A DNA stretch of 64,000 bases from assembly GCA_049967195.1 (NCBI GenBank), contig JBMFTE010000001.1, positions 15,734 through 79,733 on the forward strand, written 5' to 3'. This DNA is from Nitrososphaeria archaeon (GTDB lineage: Archaea; Thermoproteota; Nitrososphaeria; Conexivisphaerales; UBA164). The translations under genes were made by a program, and so were the position numbers. Of the stretch, positions 29,927 through 38,929 are shown in pieces (positions within the stretch are counted from its first letter, which is position 1; every line of letters begins with the position of its first letter). The notes beneath the pieces are model-generated. The model was not told the origin of the DNA and ran no database searches. It was given only the letters and a program-made list of their open reading frames with translations.

Positions 29927-30337
29927 ATGCCACGTGATAGTAAGGAAGAAGATCTGATAAGTATGGTATACAAGCTTGTGCTTGAGAGCGGAGATGGGGG
30001 AATATTACAGAGTGAACTTTGGAAGAAGCTCAGTTTAACAAGCAGGGATGGTTCGAGAATTGCAACAAGGCTTGAGAAGCGCAAACTGATAAGGAGAGAA
30101 AAAGTACTAGAGGACGGAAGGTGGACTTACAGATTAAAGCCTTTGGTTATACCTCTGAGTATAGAAAGCATAGCCGACGCTCCATGCATAACATGTCCGC
30201 TTTATTATAAATGCTACGAGGATGGAGCAGTATCACCAAGAACCTGCACAAAAATAGAAAGATGGGTTGTTACGGAATACCAGCGAGCCATAAATATTAA
30301 CAATGTAAGTGTAGGGGAACTGAATGAGGCCAGATGA
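29927..30337 (+). CDS. TFE-beta / RPC34 (hRPC39)-like protein: winged helix plus C-terminal 4-Cys cluster
   Basis: wH LQSELWKKLSLTSRDGSRIATRLEKRKLIRREKV..GRWTYRL. Then CITCPLYYKCYEDGAVSPRTCTKIERW (C-x2-C-x6-C-x12-C), which resembles the FeS domain of RPC34/TFE-beta. Confidence 0.5.
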   Translation: MPRDSKEEDLISMVYKLVLESGDGGILQSELWKKLSLTSRDGSRIATRLEKRKLIRREKVLEDGRWTYRLKPLVIPLSIESIADAPCITCPLYYKCYEDGAVSPRTCTKIERWVVTEYQRAININNVSVGELNEAR

Positions 30338-30926
30338 GGCTAAAAACGATTATTATAGAAGATTAGCCCGAAAGAGTGGGTATGTTAGCAGGGCCGCTTT
30401 TAAATTAATTGAGCTGGACTCCAAATACGAAATATTTCATCCCGGGCAAAGAGTGTTGGACTTGGGTGCATCTCCAGGAGGATGGTCTCAGGTGGCCTCC
30501 AAGGCCGTAAAAGATGACGGGGAAGTTATTGCGGTAGATGTCAGGCCAATCAAAGTCAACCTAGAGAACGTCAGTTTTATTAAAATGAATCTGAAAGAAG
30601 ATAAACCGGCTCTAAAAGGCATTGATGTCGTATTGTCAGACCTTTCGCCTCAGGTTAGCGGCATCTGGGAATACGATCAGGAAAGGCAGTGGGGTCTGAC
30701 GGAAAATGCCCTTATAATAGCCGAAGAAAGCTTGAACCGCGGTGGGGCATTTGTTTGCAAGGTTTTTGATGGGGAAGGGGTAAAACGCATTATGGAAAGA
30801 GCAGAAAAATCATTTACCTTTGTAAAACTGACAAAGCCCAAAGCCAGCAGAAGAGAGAGCAGCGAGCTTTATCTTATATGCAAAAACTTTTTAAGGCATA
30901 ATCCAGTCAATAATTTAAATGGATAA
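30324..30926 (+). CDS. rlmE: 23S rRNA 2'-O-ribose methyltransferase RlmE/FtsJ
   Basis: YRSRAAFKL-type SRAAFKLIELD and SAM motif DLGASPGGWSQV. Confidence 0.85.
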   Translation: MRPDEAKNDYYRRLARKSGYVSRAAFKLIELDSKYEIFHPGQRVLDLGASPGGWSQVASKAVKDDGEVIAVDVRPIKVNLENVSFIKMNLKEDKPALKGIDVVLSDLSPQVSGIWEYDQERQWGLTENALIIAEESLNRGGAFVCKVFDGEGVKRIMERAEKSFTFVKLTKPKASRRESSELYLICKNFLRHNPVNNLNG

Positions 30927-32247
30927 TAAATCATTTGCCAAGGAGAATTATGCAAAAATATTTGAACTCTTAAAAGAACATCATAAATGGTTTTCAGAAT
31001 CACTTACGCTAATAGCATCTGAAAATGTAATGAGCGACGCCGTTAAAGAAGCAGTTGTTTCTGATTTGATGTCCAGATATGCGGAGGGTTGGCCGGGGGA
31101 CAGGGTTTATGCAGGATGTAAGTACATTGACCAGATTGAGTTGAGCGCCATAGATCTGGGAAAGAGGCTATTTGATGCAGAATATGTTGACGTAAGACCA
31201 ATAGCTGGGGTTACAGCAAACCTTGCTGTTTACACTGCATTTACACAACCAGGTGACACAATCATCTCTCTGGCCATTCCTAATGGTGGGCACATCACTT
31301 ACGGCAAAAAGGACCTTGGAGGAACAGCCGGCGCCGTGCGTGGCCTAAACGTCGAGAACTTTCCTTTTGATTCAGCCGAAATGAACATTGACGTGGATAA
31401 AACAAAGAGCCTTGTAGGCAAGCTAAAATCCGAGGGTAGAAAACCAAAAATGGTCATATTCGGCGGATCGCTTTTCCTTTTTCCACATCCATTAAAGGAA
31501 TTGGTTCCATTTCTTAAAGCAGAAGGAATTACAGTAATGTATGATGGCGCCCATGTGATGGGGTTAATAGCAGGAGGGGAATTCCAGCAGCCTCTAAAAG
31601 AAGGAGCAGACGTAATGACTGGAAGCACGCATAAAACACTGCCAGGACCTCAGGGGGGATTAATAGTTAGCTATGATAAGTATGCCGAAGTTCTAAAAAG
31701 CGCGGTATTTCCAAGTAACGTTTCAAATCATCACCTGCACCACGTTGCAGGTAAGGCTGTAGCCTTTGCTGAAATGCTAAACTTTGGGAAAGATTATGCA
31801 AGGGCAGTAATTGATAATGCAAAAAAGCTCGCTGAATCTCTTGCATCAAAGGGCTTCGTTGTTCTTGGCGAAAAACACGGCTACACAAAATCCCACCAAG
31901 TTGTAATAGACGTTTCCATGTACGGGGGAGGGGGCACAATAGAAAAGGAGCTTGAAGACTCTAACATAATAGCTAACAGGAACCTAATACCGGGCGACAT
32001 AAAAGCAGGAAGACACTTCCGCAATCCTGGCGGGTTAAGAATGGGCGTGCAGGAAATCACAAGGCTTGGCATGGGGTCAAATGAAATGGAAGAAGTTGCA
32101 GATATTCTCTACAGGGTCATAGTTAAAAAAGAGGACCACAATGCTACTAAAAAAAGTGTAAAGGAACTTAAAAATAATTTCAGCAGTGTCAGATATGCAT
32201 TTGAAAGTAACAGGAAAGCATATGAATACATAAAAATAAGGACCTGA
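30919..32247 (+). CDS. glyA: Serine hydroxymethyltransferase
   Basis: PLP-lysine motif THKTLPGPQGG. 442 aa. Confidence 0.9.
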   Translation: MDNKSFAKENYAKIFELLKEHHKWFSESLTLIASENVMSDAVKEAVVSDLMSRYAEGWPGDRVYAGCKYIDQIELSAIDLGKRLFDAEYVDVRPIAGVTANLAVYTAFTQPGDTIISLAIPNGGHITYGKKDLGGTAGAVRGLNVENFPFDSAEMNIDVDKTKSLVGKLKSEGRKPKMVIFGGSLFLFPHPLKELVPFLKAEGITVMYDGAHVMGLIAGGEFQQPLKEGADVMTGSTHKTLPGPQGGLIVSYDKYAEVLKSAVFPSNVSNHHLHHVAGKAVAFAEMLNFGKDYARAVIDNAKKLAESLASKGFVVLGEKHGYTKSHQVVIDVSMYGGGGTIEKELEDSNIIANRNLIPGDIKAGRHFRNPGGLRMGVQEITRLGMGSNEMEEVADILYRVIVKKEDHNATKKSVKELKNNFSSVRYAFESNRKAYEYIKIRT

Positions 32248-32289
32248 CCTTTTTAAACGCTACTTTTTAATTGCCGCCTTTTACTGATC

Positions 32290-32917
32290 ATAAAATCATC
32301 GCCTTAAAAGCGAAGGATACAGTTATACTTTGAAGTTTATTTTTCCAAAAATTAAGCAAACAGGGCAAAAACGATAGAGAAGTAAACAAAGGAAATACAC
32401 GGCCAGAAGGAGCTTTGAGGTGCTGGAAAACATTTGATGAGCAAAAGTTCATGCCGGAATACCTGTGTTTTGCGCGTGACCTTAAAGTGGGAAAGGCCCG
32501 GTTTTAACTGGACGCGGTTCGCTGCGTAAAAGCGCGTGTCTTGTTCGAAGATAAGTTTTTGTGCTTTAAGATTGCCAATCGGATATTTAAAAGGTTGTAC
32601 CACAGCAAATGCTATATTGCTTTAGGGATACTAGGAAAATGTTAAATTGATAACAGTAAATTGGGGCACTCAGTTTAATTGACCAAACTTTCAGCTGAAG
32701 ATAGAGGGTGTACGCCTGCAAGTTCTGCGGTTTAACAATAGACGGGGACCTGAACTCGGGAATTGAAAATGATGCAAAAGGCCATCTGGTCCTGGGTACA
32801 ACCTTAATGCCTGAGAATGATGAGACACCACAGTTATGCTGGAATACCTATTCCGTACGTTGCTGCGAGCCTCGTCGGTGAAGCGGGACGCGCCCAGCTT
32901 TAGCTGGCGTAGTTCAC
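32290..32917 (+). mobile_element. Internally deleted tnpB relic of an IS200/IS605-type element, copy 1 (about 0.6 kb; 5' boundary approximate)
   Basis: Broken frames end in RVYACKFCGLTIDGDLNSGIEN, the TnpB C-terminal zinc-finger/RuvC-III pattern (C..CG...D.DLNAAINI). This is followed by a structured non-coding tail ending ...GTTCAC. No intact ORF. Confidence 0.6.
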
Positions 32918-34113
32918 AATGTTATTGTCTGAAATTCCCACGGCAGTCTGATTTGTATTATAGTTTTGTCTTCCACTTGGAAGCGGCCAACCACCTGAAG
33001 GTCACGTCCGATAGATTTAAGGTATCCCTTTAACATTAAAAGCCATGGAGAAACCGGTAGCTTACCATCCTTGCCCGCGTATTCTATGTTAATTATTTTA
33101 GTTAGTTCATCATATTTTACAGTGCCATCCTTTATATCAGACGAAATCAACTCGATAAAAACAGGTATAGCTAGATTAAATTCAGACGTAACAAATTGAG
33201 CTGGCACTCTTGTTTTAAAAATATCAACCATTTCATCTCCTATTTGCCAAAGCACGTCTTCAGGCAACCTTTCAAAAACTGCATGAGAAAGAATTTCGAA
33301 GATGCCTTTGTCGTTTTTTAAATTGAAAAAGTCTTCTGCGGATCCAGTGTTTATCAGCCTAATGTAACTTTTTATATCGATTGAACTTAAAATTATGGGA
33401 TCAACTACATACTTGTCAATCAGGCCTATGAGCTGGGGCAGCATTATAAGCACGCCCGTTCCGCTGTCTTCGTTTATAAGAAGCATGTATTTATCGTCGC
33501 TAATGATTGCGCTGCGACCGTCAATGGTATTGCCAACCAGCATGGGCAAAAGAGAAATTGATGCATCATTCACTAGTTCAGTATCCTTTGGAGAGACAAT
33601 GGCATTAACCTTCACCTCAGAAAGTCTCATCGACATCAACTGCCTTTCATATTTTTTTATTATCCCAAAAGTATTGGAATTAACAATGAATGTTATTTTA
33701 TCCCTAGTTTTGCTTATCATGTCATTGACTACGCTTTCTATGCCTCCACCGTTTATAATTTGGAATGATCCCTTTACGGAACTTACACCGGTTTTCTGGC
33801 TCATCGACCTTATTTCGCTTACCAGTGATTTCAGCTCTCTGAACTTTCTTTCTTCCTGTTCTATTATGACTTCAAACGGTTCAGGGCTGGATACAGCAGA
33901 AAACTTTCTTGGCCTGCCATAAGCCTCGACGAGCTTCTTTTTAATCAATCCCCTTATAGATTCATAGACCTTAGTTCGTGGTACCCCGGAATTAAGCGCA
34001 AGCTCACCTCCCTGTAAAGATCCCTTGGTTATAAGCGTGAGGTAAACCCGGGCCTCGTATTCGGTAAGTCCAAGTTCCTTAAGCTTCCCCACCATCTTGA
34101 TTAATTCTGACAT
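32914..34113 (-). CDS. TrmB-family transcriptional regulator (N-terminal wHTH, coiled coil, large C-terminal domain)
   Basis: LKELGLTEYEARVYLTLITKGSLQGGELALNSGVPRTKVYESIRGLIKKKLVE is the TrmB HTH signature. 399 aa. Divergent from the ESCRT-III/Vps4 operon. Confidence 0.75.
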   Translation of the reverse strand: MSELIKMVGKLKELGLTEYEARVYLTLITKGSLQGGELALNSGVPRTKVYESIRGLIKKKLVEAYGRPRKFSAVSSPEPFEVIIEQEERKFRELKSLVSEIRSMSQKTGVSSVKGSFQIINGGGIESVVNDMISKTRDKITFIVNSNTFGIIKKYERQLMSMRLSEVKVNAIVSPKDTELVNDASISLLPMLVGNTIDGRSAIISDDKYMLLINEDSGTGVLIMLPQLIGLIDKYVVDPIILSSIDIKSYIRLINTGSAEDFFNLKNDKGIFEILSHAVFERLPEDVLWQIGDEMVDIFKTRVPAQFVTSEFNLAIPVFIELISSDIKDGTVKYDELTKIINIEYAGKDGKLPVSPWLLMLKGYLKSIGRDLQVVGRFQVEDKTIIQIRLPWEFQTITL

Positions 34114-34213
34114 ATAAAATCTATTATAACATAATGCTATAATTCAATATGACAACTATTTTTGACCTTTATCTCAAAAATATGTCACTGATATATGCTG
34201 TTACTGTGGTTAC

Positions 34214-34909
34214 ATGCTAACCAAGTTACAAAACGGTAAAATTAAAATCCAAGATACTATGGGTACAATGAGCGATTTTGCTAAGAGATGGAGTTCACCG
34301 CAGGGAGAGGGTGTAGGGGAAAGGATAAGGGGCGCCGTAAGACCAGAAGGGCCACTGAAGCCAAGGATAGAGCAAGCTACAAGGCAGCTGCAGATGCAGA
34401 TAACAAAGCTGGATAATACAGCAAACAGGCTAAAGGAGAAGGATAACGCAACCTTTTCCAAAATTGTAAATTACCTTCAAAAGCACGATACTGACCACGC
34501 CACAGTTTATGCAAATGAGCTGGCAGAAATAAGGAAAATGTATAAAATGATAAGCCAGGCGAGGCTAGCGCTTGAACAAATAGTTACTAGACTTTCCACT
34601 GTAACAGATTTGGGTGATGTGGTTGTAACACTGGCACCGGCTATGTCAGTAATAAGGAGTGTCAGAGCCGGGTTAACTCAAGTAATGCCAGCTGCAGAGG
34701 GCGAAATATCAGAAATATCTTCGATGCTCAGCAGCATACTGGTAGATGCAGGACAGATGAGCGGAACAACACTTAACTTCGAAAGTGCAAATGAAGATGC
34801 AGAAAAGATACTAGCAGAGGCAAGCACTTTGGCAGAGGCTAGGATGAAGGAAAAGCTTCCAGATCTTGGAACACTTGGAATTTCAGAAGGAGAAAAGCAC
34901 CAAATCTAG
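34214..34909 (+). CDS. ESCRT-III/Snf7-family protein (CdvB-like), paralog 1
   Basis: MSDFAKRWSS...LKPRIEQATRQLQMQITKLD...DHATVYANELAEIRK is the helical-hairpin pattern of archaeal CdvB/Snf7. No C-terminal wH. The likely true start is at 34268 (MSDF). Confidence 0.8.
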   Translation: MLTKLQNGKIKIQDTMGTMSDFAKRWSSPQGEGVGERIRGAVRPEGPLKPRIEQATRQLQMQITKLDNTANRLKEKDNATFSKIVNYLQKHDTDHATVYANELAEIRKMYKMISQARLALEQIVTRLSTVTDLGDVVVTLAPAMSVIRSVRAGLTQVMPAAEGEISEISSMLSSILVDAGQMSGTTLNFESANEDAEKILAEASTLAEARMKEKLPDLGTLGISEGEKHQI

Positions 34910-34994
34910 GCACCCGCTAATATAATTTTTTCTTTTTGTTAATTTTTTTTGACTTTGATTAATAAATGGGACAAATGTGAAGAGGTGTATATAA

Positions 34995-35582
34995 TTGAAA
35001 TTTATTTTTAACCCGTTTAGGAAAAAGAACGGCGACGAGCTTAAGAAAGCCCTTAGGGAACTTACCATATATCGCTATAACTTGGCAAACTTGGACCTCA
35101 GGATAAAATCTAAAATGCAGATAATGGAGGGCAAACTATCAACAATGGATCGCAGTAAAGATGAAGCCAGAATCCTCGCGAATGAATACGTGGTACTTGA
35201 CCGGGTTTCGCTCCTTGTAGGCCGAATCGATTTGCTTTTATTGAAGCTTTCGCTAAGGTTGGAGAGCTTGATAGAATTTAAATCGCTAATAATGGCACTG
35301 CAGGATGCTACAACTTCATTAAATAAACTAAAGCCATATTTAGCAGGAATTTCTGACACATACGGCTTGCTGATAAGCCAGTTAAATGAAGCGATGCAGG
35401 AAATGGGCGCTGTATCTGTATCCCCCGCCGGAATATCTATTCCAATGTTAGATGAAGACGCAGAAAATGTGCTCAATAATGCGGTAGATTTTACGCTTGG
35501 AGAAACTGATTCAGATACGGGAATAAAGGAAATAATTTTGCAGGCCGCTAAAGATGGCCAGCTGGTTGAAGAGGTTGCTTAA
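34995..35582 (+). CDS. ESCRT-III/Snf7-like protein, divergent paralog 2
   Basis: 195 aa, all-helical with heptad character. TTG start. Sits between ESCRT-III paralog 1 and Vps4. Acidic C-terminal tail. Confidence 0.6.
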   Translation: MKFIFNPFRKKNGDELKKALRELTIYRYNLANLDLRIKSKMQIMEGKLSTMDRSKDEARILANEYVVLDRVSLLVGRIDLLLLKLSLRLESLIEFKSLIMALQDATTSLNKLKPYLAGISDTYGLLISQLNEAMQEMGAVSVSPAGISIPMLDEDAENVLNNAVDFTLGETDSDTGIKEIILQAAKDGQLVEEVA

Positions 35583-35584
35583 TC

Positions 35585-36754
35585 ATGAGCTACCAAGCAG
35601 CAGGAGAACTAGAATCTATAGCAATAAAATACGCAAACGAAGCAATAAGGCTCGACAGCCAGGGAAGCTATCCCCAGGCAATTATGATGTATCAGAAGTC
35701 CATAGAAACACTAATGAAACTGATAAACCTCTATCCAGATTACAAGTTAAACCAGATTTATACACAGCGCGCAATTGCATACAGAGAAAGGATAAAGGCC
35801 ATTCAGAGAGCAAGGGGAATAGGGGAAGAGGCGGGCGTTGAGCCAAAGGATGGTGAAGGGAGAGTGGAAACACTGCGGGCAAATTTTGACGATTTGGTCT
35901 TAAAGGAAAAGCCGGACGTCAAATTTGATCAGGTAATCGGGTTAGGCGAAGCAAAAAGAGCCCTTGAAGAGGCGATAATCTTTCCAAATAAGAGGCCTGA
36001 CCTTTTTCCACTTGGGTGGCCACGTGGAATTTTGCTTTATGGACCGCCTGGATGTGGAAAAACCATGCTGGCTGCAGCAACGGCAGCTGAAATTGATGCG
36101 ATATTTTTGTCTGTTGATGCTGCAAGTATTATGAGCAAATGGTTGGGAGAAGCAGAAAAGAACGTTATGAAGCTATTCCAGCAGGCCCGCGAAATTGCCC
36201 AGCAGGAAAACAAGGCGGTTATAATATTCATAGATGAAGTCGATTCATTGTTTGGCACAAGATCTCAGGAAGTGGGTGGGGAAATAAGGGTCAGAAACCA
36301 GTTCTTAAAGGAGACTGATGGCATTACAGAAAAAGGCAAAAAGGTCCCCATATACATTTTAGCAGCCACAAATAAACCTTGGTCGCTTGACCCTGCCTTT
36401 TTAAGAAGATTTGAGAAGAGAATATTTGTTAATCTGCCAAATGAATTGGCAAGAAAAAACATGTTCGAGCTATATACTCAGCCCTTAATGCTTGACTCAA
36501 GTGTCAAGCTTGAAACACTTGCCAAATTGACTGAAGGTTACACTGGAAGCGACATAAAGGACATAGCGCAATCGGTGCAGCTAAATGTTGTGAGGGAATT
36601 GTTTGATTCAGGTGATGCATTAAATTTGGGTTCAAAGCCTAGGCAAATAACCATCGAGGATTTTAAAAATGTGGTAAAACAGAGAAGGCCAAGTGTAAGC
36701 CCGGAGTTGTTGAAAACATATATTAAGTGGAGCGAAAGCTTTAAGGCTCTTTAA
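35585..36754 (+). CDS. cdvC: Vps4/CdvC AAA+ ATPase with N-terminal MIT domain
   Basis: MIT-like AIKYANEAIRLDSQGSYPQAIMMYQKSIETL. Walker A GPPGCGKT, Walker B IIFIDEVD. 389 aa. Starts 2 nt after the paralog 2 stop. Confidence 0.9.
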   Translation: MSYQAAGELESIAIKYANEAIRLDSQGSYPQAIMMYQKSIETLMKLINLYPDYKLNQIYTQRAIAYRERIKAIQRARGIGEEAGVEPKDGEGRVETLRANFDDLVLKEKPDVKFDQVIGLGEAKRALEEAIIFPNKRPDLFPLGWPRGILLYGPPGCGKTMLAAATAAEIDAIFLSVDAASIMSKWLGEAEKNVMKLFQQAREIAQQENKAVIIFIDEVDSLFGTRSQEVGGEIRVRNQFLKETDGITEKGKKVPIYILAATNKPWSLDPAFLRRFEKRIFVNLPNELARKNMFELYTQPLMLDSSVKLETLAKLTEGYTGSDIKDIAQSVQLNVVRELFDSGDALNLGSKPRQITIEDFKNVVKQRRPSVSPELLKTYIKWSESFKAL

Positions 36755-36770
36755 AGAGGGGGTTGGCATT

Positions 36771-37010
36771 ATGAATAAAAAATATGATGTGGAAATAAAA
36801 AAGGCGGAGAAAGCATTAAAGATTCCCAAAGAGAAAATTGACAGCTTAAAGGGACTTAGTGGAAAAATATTATCGTCTATGAAAAAAGAGTATGTTGATT
36901 GCCCTGTTATAAAGGAACAGGTGCCATTTATCGTGTGTTATCAGTGCCAATCTTTTATCAGAAGATATAGAGGAGTTGTTCACTGTGCAGGGGAAAAGGG
37001 CCCATATTAA
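36771..37010 (+). CDS. Small 4-Cys protein co-oriented with and 16 nt downstream of vps4
   Basis: 79 aa: N-terminal helical part, then CPVIKEQVPFIVCYQCQSFIRRYRGVVHC (C-x12-C-x2-C-x12-C). No family recognised. Confidence 0.45.
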   Translation: MNKKYDVEIKKAEKALKIPKEKIDSLKGLSGKILSSMKKEYVDCPVIKEQVPFIVCYQCQSFIRRYRGVVHCAGEKGPY

Positions 37011-37039
37011 ATGGTCAGACTCGTTTTAGATTAAGCGGG

Positions 37040-37656
37040 AACCTGCTATTTGAGTTGTTTTTATTGATTGTAAAACCATAGCTTTTAAGCGATGGATCAT
37101 CAACATGTTTCTGTTCTCAAAAATTATGTAATGCTGGGCAAAAGCGAGAGAATTGCAGAGAGCAGGAAGATGACAAAGGAACGGCACGAGGGGATGACTG
37201 TAAAGATGTCAAGGTGCTGAAGAATAACCTTGATGCGACCACCCTTAGGCTAATAAGAATTTTCATTGAGGCCAAGTGGTTCACAAACAGTGCTCAGGAA
37301 CCATTCAATGCGAGGTCAAGAGCGTGCAGGTTAATGCTGGCGACAACTTCGGAGAAAGGGAGTAAATGTTCTATCAAGCCAGATGAGACAGGACATCATA
37401 GATAGTATATTCAAGCTGCCACAGGCTCAACAAAATCACTCTCAGTCAGAGGGTGTACGCCTGCAAGTTCTGCGGTTTAACAATAGACGGGGACCTGAAC
37501 TCGGGAATTGAAAATGATGCAAAAGGCCATCTGGTCCTGGGTACAACCTTAATGCCTGAGAATGATGAGACACCACAGTTATGCTGGAATACCTATTCCG
37601 CACGTTGCTGCGAGCCTAGTCGGTGAAGCGCACAGTTTTAGCTGGGCTTAGTTCAC
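37040..37656 (+). mobile_element. Internally deleted tnpB relic of an IS200/IS605-type element, copy 2 (5' boundary approximate)
   Basis: Same family and orientation as copy 1. Positions 37448-37630 match 32703-32885 with 2 mismatches in 183 nt. Ends ...GTTCAC at 37656. The upstream part is homologous but much more diverged and full of stops. Confidence 0.6.
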
Positions 37657-37767
37657 CAGAGACGCGTTCAGTATTGCCTGCAAATAGCCACCGTGCCGGC
37701 CATTTATTTTTTTGGCAGTAATAAAAAGTATGCGCGTTTAAAATCTTCATAATAATCTAGGCTTCAT

Positions 37768-38871
37768 TTAAGGTATAATCTCGGTGGAATCAAGCAGCGG
37801 ATCATAAAATACCTGTTCCCTCTTTATGATTCCAGCATCGATCAGTTCTCTTATTGTTGGGCCAATTTTTATTATTTCACGCACCGTAAATTTAGTTACT
37901 TCATCGACTTCCATTACACCCTGTTTTCCCCAGTAATTTAACCCTTCATTGAGGGAGTAAAGGCACCTTCCCCCGCAGTATGGTAAAACATCGCAGTCCT
38001 TGCACATGGGCGAAATTGACGGGTCAGTTTTTTTAAATCCTAATTCAATATGGCCAATGTTGGCCCATTTTTCAGACACAGCAATTGGGCATGACAGTAT
38101 TTTTCCGTCTGTAGATATTGCGACAGCATTATATCCAGCACCGCATGGAACGCCCTCGAACGGTTTATACAGATAGGCACTTAGCACACCTAATATTGGT
38201 ACTAAACCCATAACTTTTCCTTTTTTGCTTTCTGCTAGAAACCGGTCAACAAGTTTTGAAATCCCCGGCTTGTAAGATTCATTGGCCCATTTAACAAAAT
38301 TCCAGCGTTCACTCCAGATTACATTGAGCTGCCAGTGCACAAGGTCGAATCCAAGATTTAGTAAATGCATGGCATCAGTGTAAATATCCGTGTTTTCAGT
38401 GGCCGCCATTCTGGCTATTATCCTTTTTAACCCCATTTTTTTAAGGTGGTTCAATGACTTTAGCACTGCATCGTATACCCCGGGACCCCTAGCGCTGTCA
38501 GTAACCTGTTTCCTACCATCAATTGATAACAAAACAACATCCATCATTTTCCAGTATAAGTCGGGAATCTTATATGTGAGCGTCCCGTTTGTTTGGATTC
38601 CCCACCTTGCGGCCTTAACTGAATTCATTACCTCAATTATGTATCTATAATTTACCAATGGCTCACCGCCGTAGAAAATGACCGTAGCTTGATTGTCGCG
38701 CTCGATAATTTCCTTTAATTTATTCAAGTCGTATTTGATTTTCCAAGGTACCACCTCCCGGTCAAATGATCCGCCACAGTAACTACAATTTAGATTACAT
38801 GCGCCAGTTGTGAGCAGTATGTACAGCAAGCAGCTCAATTTATAATTGCCCAGATATAAATATGTGACCAC
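37768..38871 (-). CDS. Radical SAM enzyme with C-terminal SPASM-type cysteine cluster (peptide/protein-modifying maturase class)
   Basis: CNLNCSYCGG radical-SAM motif. C-terminal CPIAV...CKDCDVLPYCGGRC auxiliary-cluster motif. 367 aa. GTG start in the track. Confidence 0.75.
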   Translation of the reverse strand: MVTYLYLGNYKLSCLLYILLTTGACNLNCSYCGGSFDREVVPWKIKYDLNKLKEIIERDNQATVIFYGGEPLVNYRYIIEVMNSVKAARWGIQTNGTLTYKIPDLYWKMMDVVLLSIDGRKQVTDSARGPGVYDAVLKSLNHLKKMGLKRIIARMAATENTDIYTDAMHLLNLGFDLVHWQLNVIWSERWNFVKWANESYKPGISKLVDRFLAESKKGKVMGLVPILGVLSAYLYKPFEGVPCGAGYNAVAISTDGKILSCPIAVSEKWANIGHIELGFKKTDPSISPMCKDCDVLPYCGGRCLYSLNEGLNYWGKQGVMEVDEVTKFTVREIIKIGPTIRELIDAGIIKREQVFYDPLLDSTEIIP

Positions 38872-38929
38872 AAGGGCAGACCTTTACATACGAAATGCCT
38901 ATTTTTGTCATCACAATCGTCAGTTAAAA

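Noticed and set aside
32810-32830. AATGATGAG within the conserved relic module, considered as a C box of a C/D-box sRNA.
   Set aside because: I found no properly spaced D box (CTGA) or terminal stem. An omega-RNA/right-end interpretation fits the context better.
32352-33033. ORFs 32352-32603 (-) and 32836-33033 (+), plus 37214-37405 (+) and 39238-39495 (+).
   Set aside because: They fall inside the tnpB relics or are antisense to them. They are fragments or shadow frames of decayed transposon sequence, not independent genes.
35554-35841. 95-aa plus-strand ORF in an alternative frame across the ESCRT-III paralog 2 / vps4 junction.
   Set aside because: It overlaps the MIT domain of Vps4 in a different frame and is Arg/Ser/Lys-rich with no motif. 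The Vps4 frame is clearly the real one.
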